Positions 7,408 through 16,419 are shown, counted from the first letter of the stretch. The stretch: DNA of 20,329 nt from Candidatus Hermodarchaeota archaeon (GCA_048886185.1 JBHLKY010000021.1:13023-33351); one strand, 5' to 3'. Notes: generated by a model from the sequence alone, not told the origin. Made by a program: numbers and translations.

Positions 7408-8277
7408 TCAAAATCTAGAACGTGTTGGAAAAACTTCTTCACTAACTTTACACATATAACTAAGGAGTCGGTCTTGGTCAACAATGTGGGGGTCACAATT
7501 ATGCTGTCTAACTGTTTGGTATAATTTGTATGCCCTCAAGATTTGCGCTTCGGAAATAATCATTGCCTCTGGAACGAGAATGCCAACCAAAAAGACGACT
7601 GTGACGAGGGGGATCATAAGAAATGTTACCACAAATTCATGAAAAGTTTCAATAGCTACGGTAGATATGGAGAGAAAGACTAGAGTATAAGAAATAACAA
7701 GTATAATTGAATCAAATAAATCAACAAGGCCCACATACCTCCACCCATAGATAACGAACTTTATACGAGTATCTTCATAAATTGGTTTTACAGTGAAGTA
7801 TGCAAATGTCCATATTGATGCTTGATAGAAAATGCTTATCCATAAAATGTAATCACCAATCTCTTGTTGAAAGAGATTAGGAAAAAGAGCGTGTAATATC
7901 AAATACCCGAGAAAAATCGTGATTAATACAGCTAGAATAACCCAAAGAATTGTGGGTTTATCTTTCCACTGCCAGCGAACCCGGAGAGCATGGGCTGTTT
8001 GAAAGAAAAACATTACTACCGAGTTAAGCATCACAACAAAAAAGAGAATTGGGGGTATTTCAATACCTTCTACCATATACCAAACATAAATGGGCCCTGA
8101 AAAAAAACCCAAACTATTAGTGAAATACCACCCAGCAAAAATGAGATAATCCAAAGACCCAATTCGAAGATAATTCCTTATTGCTATAAAACCTGTTGGG
8201 AACCAAAAAAATCCTGCTATGGTAGCAATCTGGAACATGAGAGGCATTCTTAAAAAAAAATCTAGAGGTGTTACCAT
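7408..8277 (-). CDS. Seven-transmembrane hypothetical protein with soluble C-terminal tail
   Basis: Seven hydrophobic segments followed by PEAMIISEAQILRAYKLY tail; ATG 8277 preceded by GGAGGAGG and a TATA box. Confidence 0.75.
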   Translation of the reverse strand: MVTPLDFFLRMPLMFQIATIAGFFWFPTGFIAIRNYLRIGSLDYLIFAGWYFTNSLGFFSGPIYVWYMVEGIEIPPILFFVVMLNSVVMFFFQTAHALRVRWQWKDKPTILWVILAVLITIFLGYLILHALFPNLFQQEIGDYILWISIFYQASIWTFAYFTVKPIYEDTRIKFVIYGWRYVGLVDLFDSIILVISYTLVFLSISTVAIETFHEFVVTFLMIPLVTVVFLVGILVPEAMIISEAQILRAYKLYQTVRQHNCDPHIVDQDRLLSYMCKVSEEVFPTRSRF

Positions 8278-8278
8278 G

Positions 8279-8286
8279 CCTCCTCC
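8279..8286 (-). promoter_or_regulatory. Shine-Dalgarno motif GGAGGAGG
   Basis: Immediately upstream of ATG 8277. Confidence 0.55.
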
Positions 8287-8290
8287 CACC

Positions 8291-8315
8291 GATAACATTA
8301 TATAAAAACGTTATC
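8291..8315 (-). promoter_or_regulatory. TATA box (TTTTTATATAA on - strand) enclosed in a 9-7-9 inverted repeat
   Basis: GATAACATT-ATATAAA-AACGTTATC; 8 of 9 arm positions pair; TATA centre about 25 bp from ATG 8277. Confidence 0.55.
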
Positions 8316-8425
8316 TTCGCACGTCGAAACACCCGTACAGGACGAAGGGGGATGACTCTTATGAGGCGGAAAAAAGGAAAGGAAGAGAAGTGTATCCTTC
8401 TTAAACTTTCTATCCTATCGTCAGA

Positions 8426-8662
8426 TTACATCTTCTCCTTACGCCGATACATCAGGACAGTACCAATAACAAAGATCACACCAATGATCAGAAAAACTGG
8501 TGCACTGTCAGTTATTGTTGTCTTTGATGCTTCTAAAACGGTAATTTCTAGTTTTATCGTATCCAAGACAGTTGAACCGTCATATATCTCCACATTAACT
8601 TCATAGTCTCCAAGAGTGATGGTTGATGATGCTACTGCTAATATTTCTATAATATCTGCCAT
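8426..8662 (-). pseudogene. C-terminal fragment of a membrane-anchored surface protein (partial Ig-like strands, Thr/Ser linker, TM, basic tail)
   Basis: GDYEVNVEIYDGSTVLDTIKLEITV then ASKTTITDSAP, hydrophobic helix and YRRKEKM; no signal peptide; in-frame TGA three codons upstream of the ATG. Confidence 0.55.
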
Positions 8663-9227
8663 ATTAATTCAATTTTTCTTCTTTAACTATAGAATCCACT
8701 TTCTTTCAAGAATTTTATTGTCCAGATAATGACATTAAGAATTAACGTTTTATTAGAGGACTTAATCCAGCTTTTTCAAATGTAGCTTAGCTTAATTTTT
8801 ATATTAAGTTATTAATCCCTAATTTAATCAAATCAATTTTAAAGGCTATATTGAAAAACCTAAAATACGGCATCTACTCCTCAGTATCGACGTAAATACG
8901 ATTTGCTATTCGCAGCTATTATTGAAAAATCTGTTAAATTTTTTAAGAAAAGGCATATTTGACTCGTATCAGAAGATTAATAACAAAAGAATTCATAGTA
9001 GCACCAACAGATGAAGTTATAAAGAAGTTAGCTTATTATATTCCTTTTTCTCACTAATTATTAATTGAAGAGTATTGATAAGTATCTTCTCAAAATAAAT
9101 TTATTAAGTTGAAGCTCGATATCTCCTCTGATTGAAAGAGATGGGAATGAAGCGGGTTCATATATGAACAAAAGTATTATATCCCTTTGTTTTAAAGGTT
9201 ATCTCCTAGTAAATAAGATGAAATGAA

Positions 9228-11267
9228 ATGAATCATTCAAATAAAGGATTTATGGTATTTTTTCTTTTGGTATTCATTCTTAGTTTCAGTATGGAATGTA
9301 TAGATAATCAACAATGTAATCCATATACTGAACCAGTTGTCAATACTCTTTCATCATCTATCAAGGATGGTCAGCAACTTCAAGAAGCTTTTCTTACAGG
9401 AAGTTTTGCAGATATGGGTGAGGATTTGGACGGAGACTATCTTTTTGATCACATTGTCCTTTTTATCGAAATTAATGTAACTCAAGATGTTCCAATTCTT
9501 TATACAGAGCTTATAATTCAAGCTTTTTTAGCATCGGATAGCGCTACTCCTGTTGGAAGAGAATTTGAATTATCTTTTTCTAATACATCTGTTGCTGCAG
9601 GAGTATATAATATGAGCATTCCAATTATTGATGCTACATCTTTTATTAACCTCGGATCAGAACTTTTTTTCGAAATTGAACAAATAAAATTAAGAAGAGA
9701 ACATGAAATATATCATTACTTGATTACCCTTCACACTTTAAATCACCCTTATGCCACTAGAACATATTGGAGCCATGAATTTGATGTTAGACTTCATTTT
9801 ACTGGTGAATTTTGGGATAGAGGTGAAGATATCGATTTTAATTGGCGCTATGATTACTTGATCATTGAACTTGGAGTTATCATTGCACCTGGAGATGCAG
9901 GAAGGTACTATTTTGAAGTTAAAATGGTCCCTGGAGTTGACCCGCAGGCTGAAGGTATTAAAAGTTCAAATAGAACCTTTTTAGATGAAGGGAAGCATAT
10001 CATCTCTGTAAAATATGAAGCTGCGTTATTACACCGATTAAAAATTAATGGTTCTCTTATTATCATTCAAATTAAAGCCTATGATAAGAATAATTCTCTA
10101 ATTAGTTATTTTAATCCCAATTATGTAACAAAGGATTATTTTTTTGATGATTTTGATGTCGATGAGATCAGGATTGATGGAAAGAAGGAATTAGTGGGAT
10201 TTATCAAAACTGAAAAGTTACTAGGATCTGGAACTTATGGAAATCCTTACATAATTTCAGGTTTTGTAATTAGGGGTTCTTTTTCATGGAATCTAATAAG
10301 TATTGAAAATGTGGATGATTATATCCAGATAACAGATAATGTACTCCATGGGGGAGAAATAGGAATTTATCTTAACAATCTCCGCCATTGTCTGATAACA
10401 AACAATAAACTTCAACAAAACAAGATTGGAATTCATCTAAAAGACGTCAAAGACTGTATTATAAGCCAGAATTCAATATCAAAGCAAGAGAAGGGACTTG
10501 TTCTTGAAGAGGCTGTAGGAAATGTTATTGAGTATAATTCGTTTAATGAAAACTCTGAAAGTGTTCTTATAACTGAGGATTCCAATAATAATGTATTTGC
10601 TAATAATTCGATCTCAACAACCAAAAAAAAGGATGAGACTGCGATAGGGTTACTGATTGACGAGGATTCACAGAGTAATCTGATTGTGAGTAATGATTTC
10701 CATGATAATGATCTGAATGCATATGATTCAGGTTTGAATAACATTTTCTTATCTAATTATTGGTCTGATTGGACCGGTGAAGGTTATTACTGGATTCCAG
10801 GAGAACATTTGGGGACCCATATATCCTCAAAGAATCGTGATCCCAGTCCAGCAATAATGTCAAACCATATAATCCAACCAATAATCTTCAAGCCTCTAGG
10901 TGGTGAAACTATTTTCGATCCTGTAATTGTTATTACTTGGGATGCAAAGGATAATTTGGATCACTCACTGACATTTGATCTTTTCTACTCCGCTGTAGAA
11001 ATGACTTTGAATCATCCAAGTGACTGGATACTTATTCGTGCTGGTATAAAAGAGAAGCGTTATGAATGGAATGTACGTAATATAACATCAGGTTTGAGTA
11101 TTCGTCTCAAAATTGTAGCACGTGATTCTTTAGGTTTTATCAGTTGGGAATTCTCTGATATTTTCACTATTCAAACACCGATCAATCCAACACCTGTTAT
11201 CAGTCCTCTTTTTGGTACTTTTCTTTTGCTTATTGTCTGTATAGGCCTTTTAGTTAAATTTACCTAA
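9228..11267 (+). CDS. Secreted/surface protein: signal peptide, two acidic beta-sandwich repeats, NosD/CASH-like parallel beta-helix, Ig-like domain, C-terminal TM anchor
   Basis: Hydrophobic N-terminus; DLDGDYLFD and DIDFNWRYD repeats; GSGTYGNPYIISG followed by Asn-ladder PbH1 repeats and NYWSDW; PLGGE...ITW...YEWNV...FTI domain; TPVISP + hydrophobic helix. Confidence 0.85.
   Translation: MNHSNKGFMVFFLLVFILSFSMECIDNQQCNPYTEPVVNTLSSSIKDGQQLQEAFLTGSFADMGEDLDGDYLFDHIVLFIEINVTQDVPILYTELIIQAFLASDSATPVGREFELSFSNTSVAAGVYNMSIPIIDATSFINLGSELFFEIEQIKLRREHEIYHYLITLHTLNHPYATRTYWSHEFDVRLHFTGEFWDRGEDIDFNWRYDYLIIELGVIIAPGDAGRYYFEVKMVPGVDPQAEGIKSSNRTFLDEGKHIISVKYEAALLHRLKINGSLIIIQIKAYDKNNSLISYFNPNYVTKDYFFDDFDVDEIRIDGKKELVGFIKTEKLLGSGTYGNPYIISGFVIRGSFSWNLISIENVDDYIQITDNVLHGGEIGIYLNNLRHCLITNNKLQQNKIGIHLKDVKDCIISQNSISKQEKGLVLEEAVGNVIEYNSFNENSESVLITEDSNNNVFANNSISTTKKKDETAIGLLIDEDSQSNLIVSNDFHDNDLNAYDSGLNNIFLSNYWSDWTGEGYYWIPGEHLGTHISSKNRDPSPAIMSNHIIQPIIFKPLGGETIFDPVIVITWDAKDNLDHSLTFDLFYSAVEMTLNHPSDWILIRAGIKEKRYEWNVRNITSGLSIRLKIVARDSLGFISWEFSDIFTIQTPINPTPVISPLFGTFLLLIVCIGLLVKFT
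9390..10157 (+). repeat. Tandem duplicated ~120-130 aa domain within the surface protein
   Basis: aa 55-186 LTGSFADMGEDLDGDYLFDHIVL...YATRTYWSHEFD vs aa 190-310 FTGEFWDRGEDIDFNWRYDYLII...YVTKDYFFDDFD; repeat visible at protein level only. Confidence 0.75.
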
Positions 11268-11288
11268 TGATTGACACTTTCATTTCTT

Positions 11289-14200
11289 CTAAAAATCCTC
11301 TTCTAGTTTATAGTGGTCTATCTGCAATCTGGTGTTTTTGTAGTTAATGATTTGTATACTTATAAAGAGTAAGAAAATACAAATTTCAATGATTGTAATT
11401 AAAGTAAACATTAGTGGATAGAGTAATGTTAGTGCTGGGTGCTGATGTAGGATGTAAGGATCCCTTGAAATATTTGTTATCTCACTACTTATAATTATAA
11501 AAAAAGCTTGAAGAATTACATATCCTATAGATATTCCTATAATCCGAAATTGTCCTGTTCCACCCTTATTTTTGACCCATATTATTTTTTGTTTCAAGCT
11601 TAGCATTGTGAATCCCCTAATGACAATAAAAGCCCATATCCTTTGGAAGATTAATAATTCTAGTAATATAATAATTAAAAAGGATGAAACGACAAAACCT
11701 CTAATGAAGTTAGCTAGTAAATTTGATTCAAGCCAATCTACCCTCTGACCCAGCTCCACTACCAAATGTTCAACTCTTAACAAGTCTAGTAGAAGAATAT
11801 TAAATCCAATCATAGCAATAAAACTGCAAAGTAAGATGAAGCAGCTAATCAATCCCCAAGCCACACTTTTTATCAATTCTTTAGCAAAATTACTTGGAAA
11901 AGAATTATGTACGATCAAGTAACTAATCGGCCCAATGCTAGCTAAACCTATAACAAGAATGAGAGGATTCTGAGCTAGTAGAACTCCATTTAATGACTCT
12001 ATATTTAAGAAAAGGAATGTAATAAACAATAATAGATCAAAAGGTACTAAACCAAGTATATTTATTACATTATTAAAAATAAACATGCAACTAGAGATTC
12101 CTAGTAAAAAGAGAAATGCTACTTGAAGCTGAGATAAATTTTCAGAGAGAAACTCTCTTAATTTAACGGATTCACGATAGTTTTTCGTCATTGGTCTTCC
12201 AGAAATTGCAGCAACAATATTCCTTCTACTACTACGATAGGAAGGCAAAAATGCAGATAATTGGGTAACCAATATTGAGAATATTAGCCAAAGGAGAATG
12301 TAATTAAATGCTAATTGAATCTTTATTGGAATCGAAAGAGAAATATACCAAGCTAGAAGAAAAGATCCTAGTAATCCATCAATTAAACCAAGAATCGCTG
12401 CACTAAAACCTAATGCTGTTGATTCTGCTAAGAATACACCTAGTACTCCTCTTTTGTGGAGACCTAAGCTCCTTAAAATACCAACTTCTCTTTCCATACG
12501 AAGAGTTGAAACTAGAATACAGATGAATTGCGTAATTGCCGCTAAAATAAATGATTCAATAAATAAGACTTGAAATAATACCGATTGAAAGATCAAACTT
12601 CTTTCCATCACTTCTGTGAAATATTCAACCTTTAAAATCTCCTTAAATTGGGGGAAATCGTTAAGATGGTTTTCAACTTTCTTTATATTGCCATTTACTT
12701 CACAAATAAACCATTTCGCATCTGATTTATTAAAGAATTCCTGAAATCTATTCATAGAGATATAAATATACTCTCCATTTTCTAGAAAAGCGTTTGATTT
12801 AATAACAGCCATGATAGTAATATTAATTGTACGACTATCCTCATGACCGATCCTTATTGAGAGATTTGAACCCAAAGGTACAAAAAGCCTCTGCTGGAGA
12901 AGATGGGAAATTACTCCATAAGTCCCAAGTGTTGAATGATTACCCACTATTGTTTGATTAAGCCAATAATAGGCTGAAGTATCAACAATTAATGAATCAA
13001 TAACTTCCTCTGCAAAATATTCATATTGTGTTGTGTTAACTCCGAAGATATAACTTTCTGTGGCATTATTGATTATTATTCGTTGTTCTTGTATAAAGCT
13101 GGATCTAGCAATTCCATCTACATTATTTAATTCATTTATTAGATCCATAGAAGGTAAATTTCCATCATAACCTTCCGCTATTAGATCAATTGCTCCCCAT
13201 TGAGCTTCAAAAAAACCTGGAACTCCTGCTACAACAGCTGCACTCACTAATCCAACTAAAATAATAAATGTAAGGGATAATGTAGAAGTCATAATTGTAA
13301 ATAAGGATTTTTGAAATTCTCGGGAAATATTCCTCATTGAGATAGTTCGAATAACAGGTCCAAACCATATAAGTAATTTAAAGGCAATTCTAGGTAAGAA
13401 ATAAAGAATTCCAATTTCTACAAATAAAGTCCCAATGAAGATCAATAAAATTACCAAAAAATGGATTGAAAGAACTTCAAAAGCTAAAAAACGACTTGGC
13501 CCAACGAAGAATTGAAGCATAAAACCCGTAAGTGCTAGTAAAGCTCCCATTCCAACTGTGTACTTCCAATAAATTGGAAAAAAATGGGAATATTTACTCT
13601 TGCCTCTTCTCATTCTCGAATGGATATTTTGAACCACAGGCATGGAGATTGCTATAAAAATAGGGTAAAGTCCTGAAATAATTGCTACAATTATTCCAGA
13701 GAGGAATGTTGCTAGAAGAGAAATTGGACTTAATATAAAATTCTCTATGACTAAATTTGTGTAAAAATTCTGGAGGATATCCAATAATATCCAAGCAAAT
13801 CCAATACCTACAAGTAAACCTAAGAAACTACCAATTGTTGAATAAATTAATATTTCAACGGTTATTGTTTCGATTAATTGCCTAGTATTGGACCCTACTG
13901 CACGTAAAATCCCAAATTCCCTGTTACGGTCTCTAATGGAAATAGCGAGGATATTGGTTATAAATAAAAATTCTACCACAAAAGAAGCCAGAATGACAAT
14001 GTTCATTGCTGATTGATAGGATTTAATACCTGATATTTTAAGTGGTGAAACACTTTTCTCAACCCATACATGATAATCTACACCCAATTGATTCTTTAAA
14101 GTATTCCCAATTTTCTTGATATCAAGAAAATCTTTGACTTGAATATGAATTTTTGGTGATAGAAAAGCTTCTTTTTCTTCAATAGGAACTAAATCGTACA

Positions 14201-14843
14201 ATGTTTCAATGTCGACTAAAATAAAATAATTTCCAAAATTATTTCCAAAAAAAGAAATATCAGATATTACTCCACCAATGGTGAAATTAATTGACTCAAA
14301 CCCAGAACCAGGAGGGCCTATAATTGTCTCATTTAATTTTAAACCAGTCATTTTTAAGATACTTTGGGAGAGAATTATAATATTGTCTTCAACTAAGCGA
14401 TTTCCATCAGTAATATTCAAAGAAGAAAAATCTGGATGTGTTGTTGGATCAATTCCGTAGATTAAGATTTTTGAATCGGTAACTTGACTTAATAAAATGT
14501 TCCTACTATAAAGTGAATATACTGGACTGGTTTTCGCTATTTTAGGAAATGATTCAATATTCTTTGCCAATGCTCTTAAATTTGATAGATCTGTCCATTT
14601 TGTTGGAAGAACAGTTAAATCAGTATAATTATTATTCCTGTTGTCAAGGATAAAATCATCATATAAAGTATCAATAGTGATAACAATACCAGTTTCCAAT
14701 GCGATGGTGAGTACAATGCCAAAGATTATTAATAATGTACGATATTTTGAGCGTGCAATATTTCGTTGAGCTAAACTAAACACCAAAACTACTTGTGGCC
14801 ACAATCTAATCAAAGAGTTACGAGCTTTGGTGAATTTGTTCAT
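11289..14843 (-). CDS. Double MacB/FtsX-type ABC permease fused to an extra ~300-aa multi-TM C-terminal domain
   Basis: Two TM + extracellular domain + FtsX units (IRDRNREFGILRAVG and TLRMEREVGILRSLG); second unit ends near aa 880 (NIVAAISG); then about 7 further TM helices. Confidence 0.9.
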   Translation of the reverse strand: MNKFTKARNSLIRLWPQVVLVFSLAQRNIARSKYRTLLIIFGIVLTIALETGIVITIDTLYDDFILDNRNNNYTDLTVLPTKWTDLSNLRALAKNIESFPKIAKTSPVYSLYSRNILLSQVTDSKILIYGIDPTTHPDFSSLNITDGNRLVEDNIIILSQSILKMTGLKLNETIIGPPGSGFESINFTIGGVISDISFFGNNFGNYFILVDIETLYDLVPIEEKEAFLSPKIHIQVKDFLDIKKIGNTLKNQLGVDYHVWVEKSVSPLKISGIKSYQSAMNIVILASFVVEFLFITNILAISIRDRNREFGILRAVGSNTRQLIETITVEILIYSTIGSFLGLLVGIGFAWILLDILQNFYTNLVIENFILSPISLLATFLSGIIVAIISGLYPIFIAISMPVVQNIHSRMRRGKSKYSHFFPIYWKYTVGMGALLALTGFMLQFFVGPSRFLAFEVLSIHFLVILLIFIGTLFVEIGILYFLPRIAFKLLIWFGPVIRTISMRNISREFQKSLFTIMTSTLSLTFIILVGLVSAAVVAGVPGFFEAQWGAIDLIAEGYDGNLPSMDLINELNNVDGIARSSFIQEQRIIINNATESYIFGVNTTQYEYFAEEVIDSLIVDTSAYYWLNQTIVGNHSTLGTYGVISHLLQQRLFVPLGSNLSIRIGHEDSRTINITIMAVIKSNAFLENGEYIYISMNRFQEFFNKSDAKWFICEVNGNIKKVENHLNDFPQFKEILKVEYFTEVMERSLIFQSVLFQVLFIESFILAAITQFICILVSTLRMEREVGILRSLGLHKRGVLGVFLAESTALGFSAAILGLIDGLLGSFLLAWYISLSIPIKIQLAFNYILLWLIFSILVTQLSAFLPSYRSSRRNIVAAISGRPMTKNYRESVKLREFLSENLSQLQVAFLFLLGISSCMFIFNNVINILGLVPFDLLLFITFLFLNIESLNGVLLAQNPLILVIGLASIGPISYLIVHNSFPSNFAKELIKSVAWGLISCFILLCSFIAMIGFNILLLDLLRVEHLVVELGQRVDWLESNLLANFIRGFVVSSFLIIILLELLIFQRIWAFIVIRGFTMLSLKQKIIWVKNKGGTGQFRIIGISIGYVILQAFFIIISSEITNISRDPYILHQHPALTLLYPLMFTLITIIEICIFLLFISIQIINYKNTRLQIDHYKLEEDF

Positions 14844-14919
14844 GATTAAGCCCCGTCGGAATTTCTATAGAATTGTACACTCCTCTCAGTTGCCTTTTAT
14901 TTTTCTCTTATTGTTTTTA

Positions 14920-16356
14920 TTATGTACTATTGCTGACTGGATTTGGATTGTATCGAGAATTTATTGCTTTAGCAACGATTATCCCGCTAAGAGATGCATG
15001 GGCTAAAGATCGTGTAACACCAGCTCCATCGCCCATTGCGAATAGTCCTTTAATTTTTGTTTCTAATTCTTCAGTCAATTGGAGTTGATTTGAATAATAT
15101 TTCGTCTCAATTCCATATAGAAAAGTATTATTTGAATTTATACCAGGGATTATATTGTCTAGTGCTTTGATCATCTCCAATATACTCGTCAGGTGGCGAT
15201 AAGGGAGAACAAACGATAGATCTCCAGGAACAGCACTTTTAAGGGTTGGTGAAATGATTGATCTCTTAATTCGTGATGGAGTAGATCGACGCCCTCGTTT
15301 AAGGTCTGTCAATCGTTGAATAATGACTTCTCCATTACTGAGAAGATTTGCTAGTTTACAAATAGATCGTCCAAAAGCAATGGGATCATTAAAGGGTTGA
15401 GTAAAGCTACTACTAACAAGAATAGCAAAATTCGTATTTGGAGTATGTTGATCTCTTGACGCGTATGCGTGACCATTTACTGTCACCCATTGCTCACCAT
15501 TCTCACCATAAGCGATTTCACGAACTACTTCACCATTTGGTACCACACAAAAAGTTCTACAATCTTGATCAAAAGTAGGAGCATAAAAATGGCATTTAAA
15601 CTCATAGAGTAAATCAGTTAAGTGCGAGGTGATTTCTGCAGGGACTTCTACTCGTACTCCAATGTCAACTGGATTCGATTGGAGTTCTAATCCTAATTTT
15701 TCTGCTTCTTTGCGTAACCAATGCGCTCCAGCTCTTCCTACGCCAATTGTGACATATAGAGAATAATAATTACCTTTATCAGTTTGTACACCAATTACAT
15801 GATCTTCTTGTGTTAGAATATGTGTTGCTGTCTCTCCAAAAAGTATCGTGACATTTTTTTGACTGTCCAAATATTGATAGAATGCATCTAGTATCTTTAC
15901 TGAGTTATCAGTTCCGATATGTAAAAGACGATAAGGTAGGAGGTGAATACCATACTGGAGAGCTTGTTTTCTGAGTTTATTTGTTTGAACACTTTTCCCT
16001 GATAGTAATCTAGATTTATCTGCTCCAAATTCTATATATGTCTTCTCAACTTCAATAAGATTCTTTTCCAATTGCTCTAGTGGAATAAATTGTGATAAAG
16101 ATCCACCAACATCAACAGATAGAGTTAATTTTCCATCTGAAAATGCCCCCGCGCCTCCCCATCCATGTATTATATCTTTATCCCCCTTTTCACGATTTCT
16201 TATTCTCTCGTGGATTGTTGCACCCTTTTCAATAATTAATATTTTTAGATAATTATTTTGTTTCAATCCAAGCCGTACTAAAGAAAGTGCTGTAAAAATT
16301 CCTGCTGGTCCTGCTCCAACAATGATAACATCGTAATTGTGATTATACTTAGTCAT
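14920..16356 (-). CDS. NAD(P)/FAD-dependent oxidoreductase, COG2509-like uncharacterised flavoprotein
   Basis: DVIIVGAGPAG, IIEKG, GWGGAGAFSDGKL, HIGTD, VDIGVRVE, RTFC, VNGH, NTNFAIL, LYGIETKYYS, GDGAG. ATG 16356 preferred over GTG 16368. Confidence 0.88.
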   Translation of the reverse strand: MTKYNHNYDVIIVGAGPAGIFTALSLVRLGLKQNNYLKILIIEKGATIHERIRNREKGDKDIIHGWGGAGAFSDGKLTLSVDVGGSLSQFIPLEQLEKNLIEVEKTYIEFGADKSRLLSGKSVQTNKLRKQALQYGIHLLPYRLLHIGTDNSVKILDAFYQYLDSQKNVTILFGETATHILTQEDHVIGVQTDKGNYYSLYVTIGVGRAGAHWLRKEAEKLGLELQSNPVDIGVRVEVPAEITSHLTDLLYEFKCHFYAPTFDQDCRTFCVVPNGEVVREIAYGENGEQWVTVNGHAYASRDQHTPNTNFAILVSSSFTQPFNDPIAFGRSICKLANLLSNGEVIIQRLTDLKRGRRSTPSRIKRSIISPTLKSAVPGDLSFVLPYRHLTSILEMIKALDNIIPGINSNNTFLYGIETKYYSNQLQLTEELETKIKGLFAMGDGAGVTRSLAHASLSGIIVAKAINSRYNPNPVSNST

Positions 16357-16402
16357 AATGAAACCCACATGATTTGAAATTACAATTATATGTCTTAAAT
16401 GC

Positions 16403-16419
16403 TTTATATATCATATAAA
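16403..16419. promoter_or_regulatory. Back-to-back TATA elements (TTTATAT-ATC-ATATAAA)
   Basis: Perfect 7-3-7 A/T inverted repeat in the divergent intergenic region, 47-63 bp upstream of ATG 16356. Confidence 0.35.

Noticed and set aside
7245-7496. Minus-strand ORF whose end (MKKQPPVFLLIIVSVFL) looks like a signal peptide
   Set aside because: It overlaps the 7TM gene and is the antisense of the GAA/AAA-rich coiled-coil ORF at 7211-7339, which automatically yields Phe/Leu/Ser-rich text.
7408-8277. Rhodopsin (schizo- or heliorhodopsin) interpretation of the 7TM protein
   Set aside because: No retinal-binding Lys in helix 7 and no DxxxK/SxxxK or RYxDW-type motif.
8959-9057. 32-codon ORF (LTRIRRLITKEFIVAPTDEVIKKLAYYIPFSH) in the 565-bp gap
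   Set aside because: TTG start, no SD and no recognisable motif; could be a remnant but cannot be supported.
9143-9185. SECIS-like hairpin (GGGA-AUGAA...UGAA...UCCC)
   Set aside because: The stem between the putative quartet halves is far too short, and there is no in-frame TGA selenoprotein candidate in the window.
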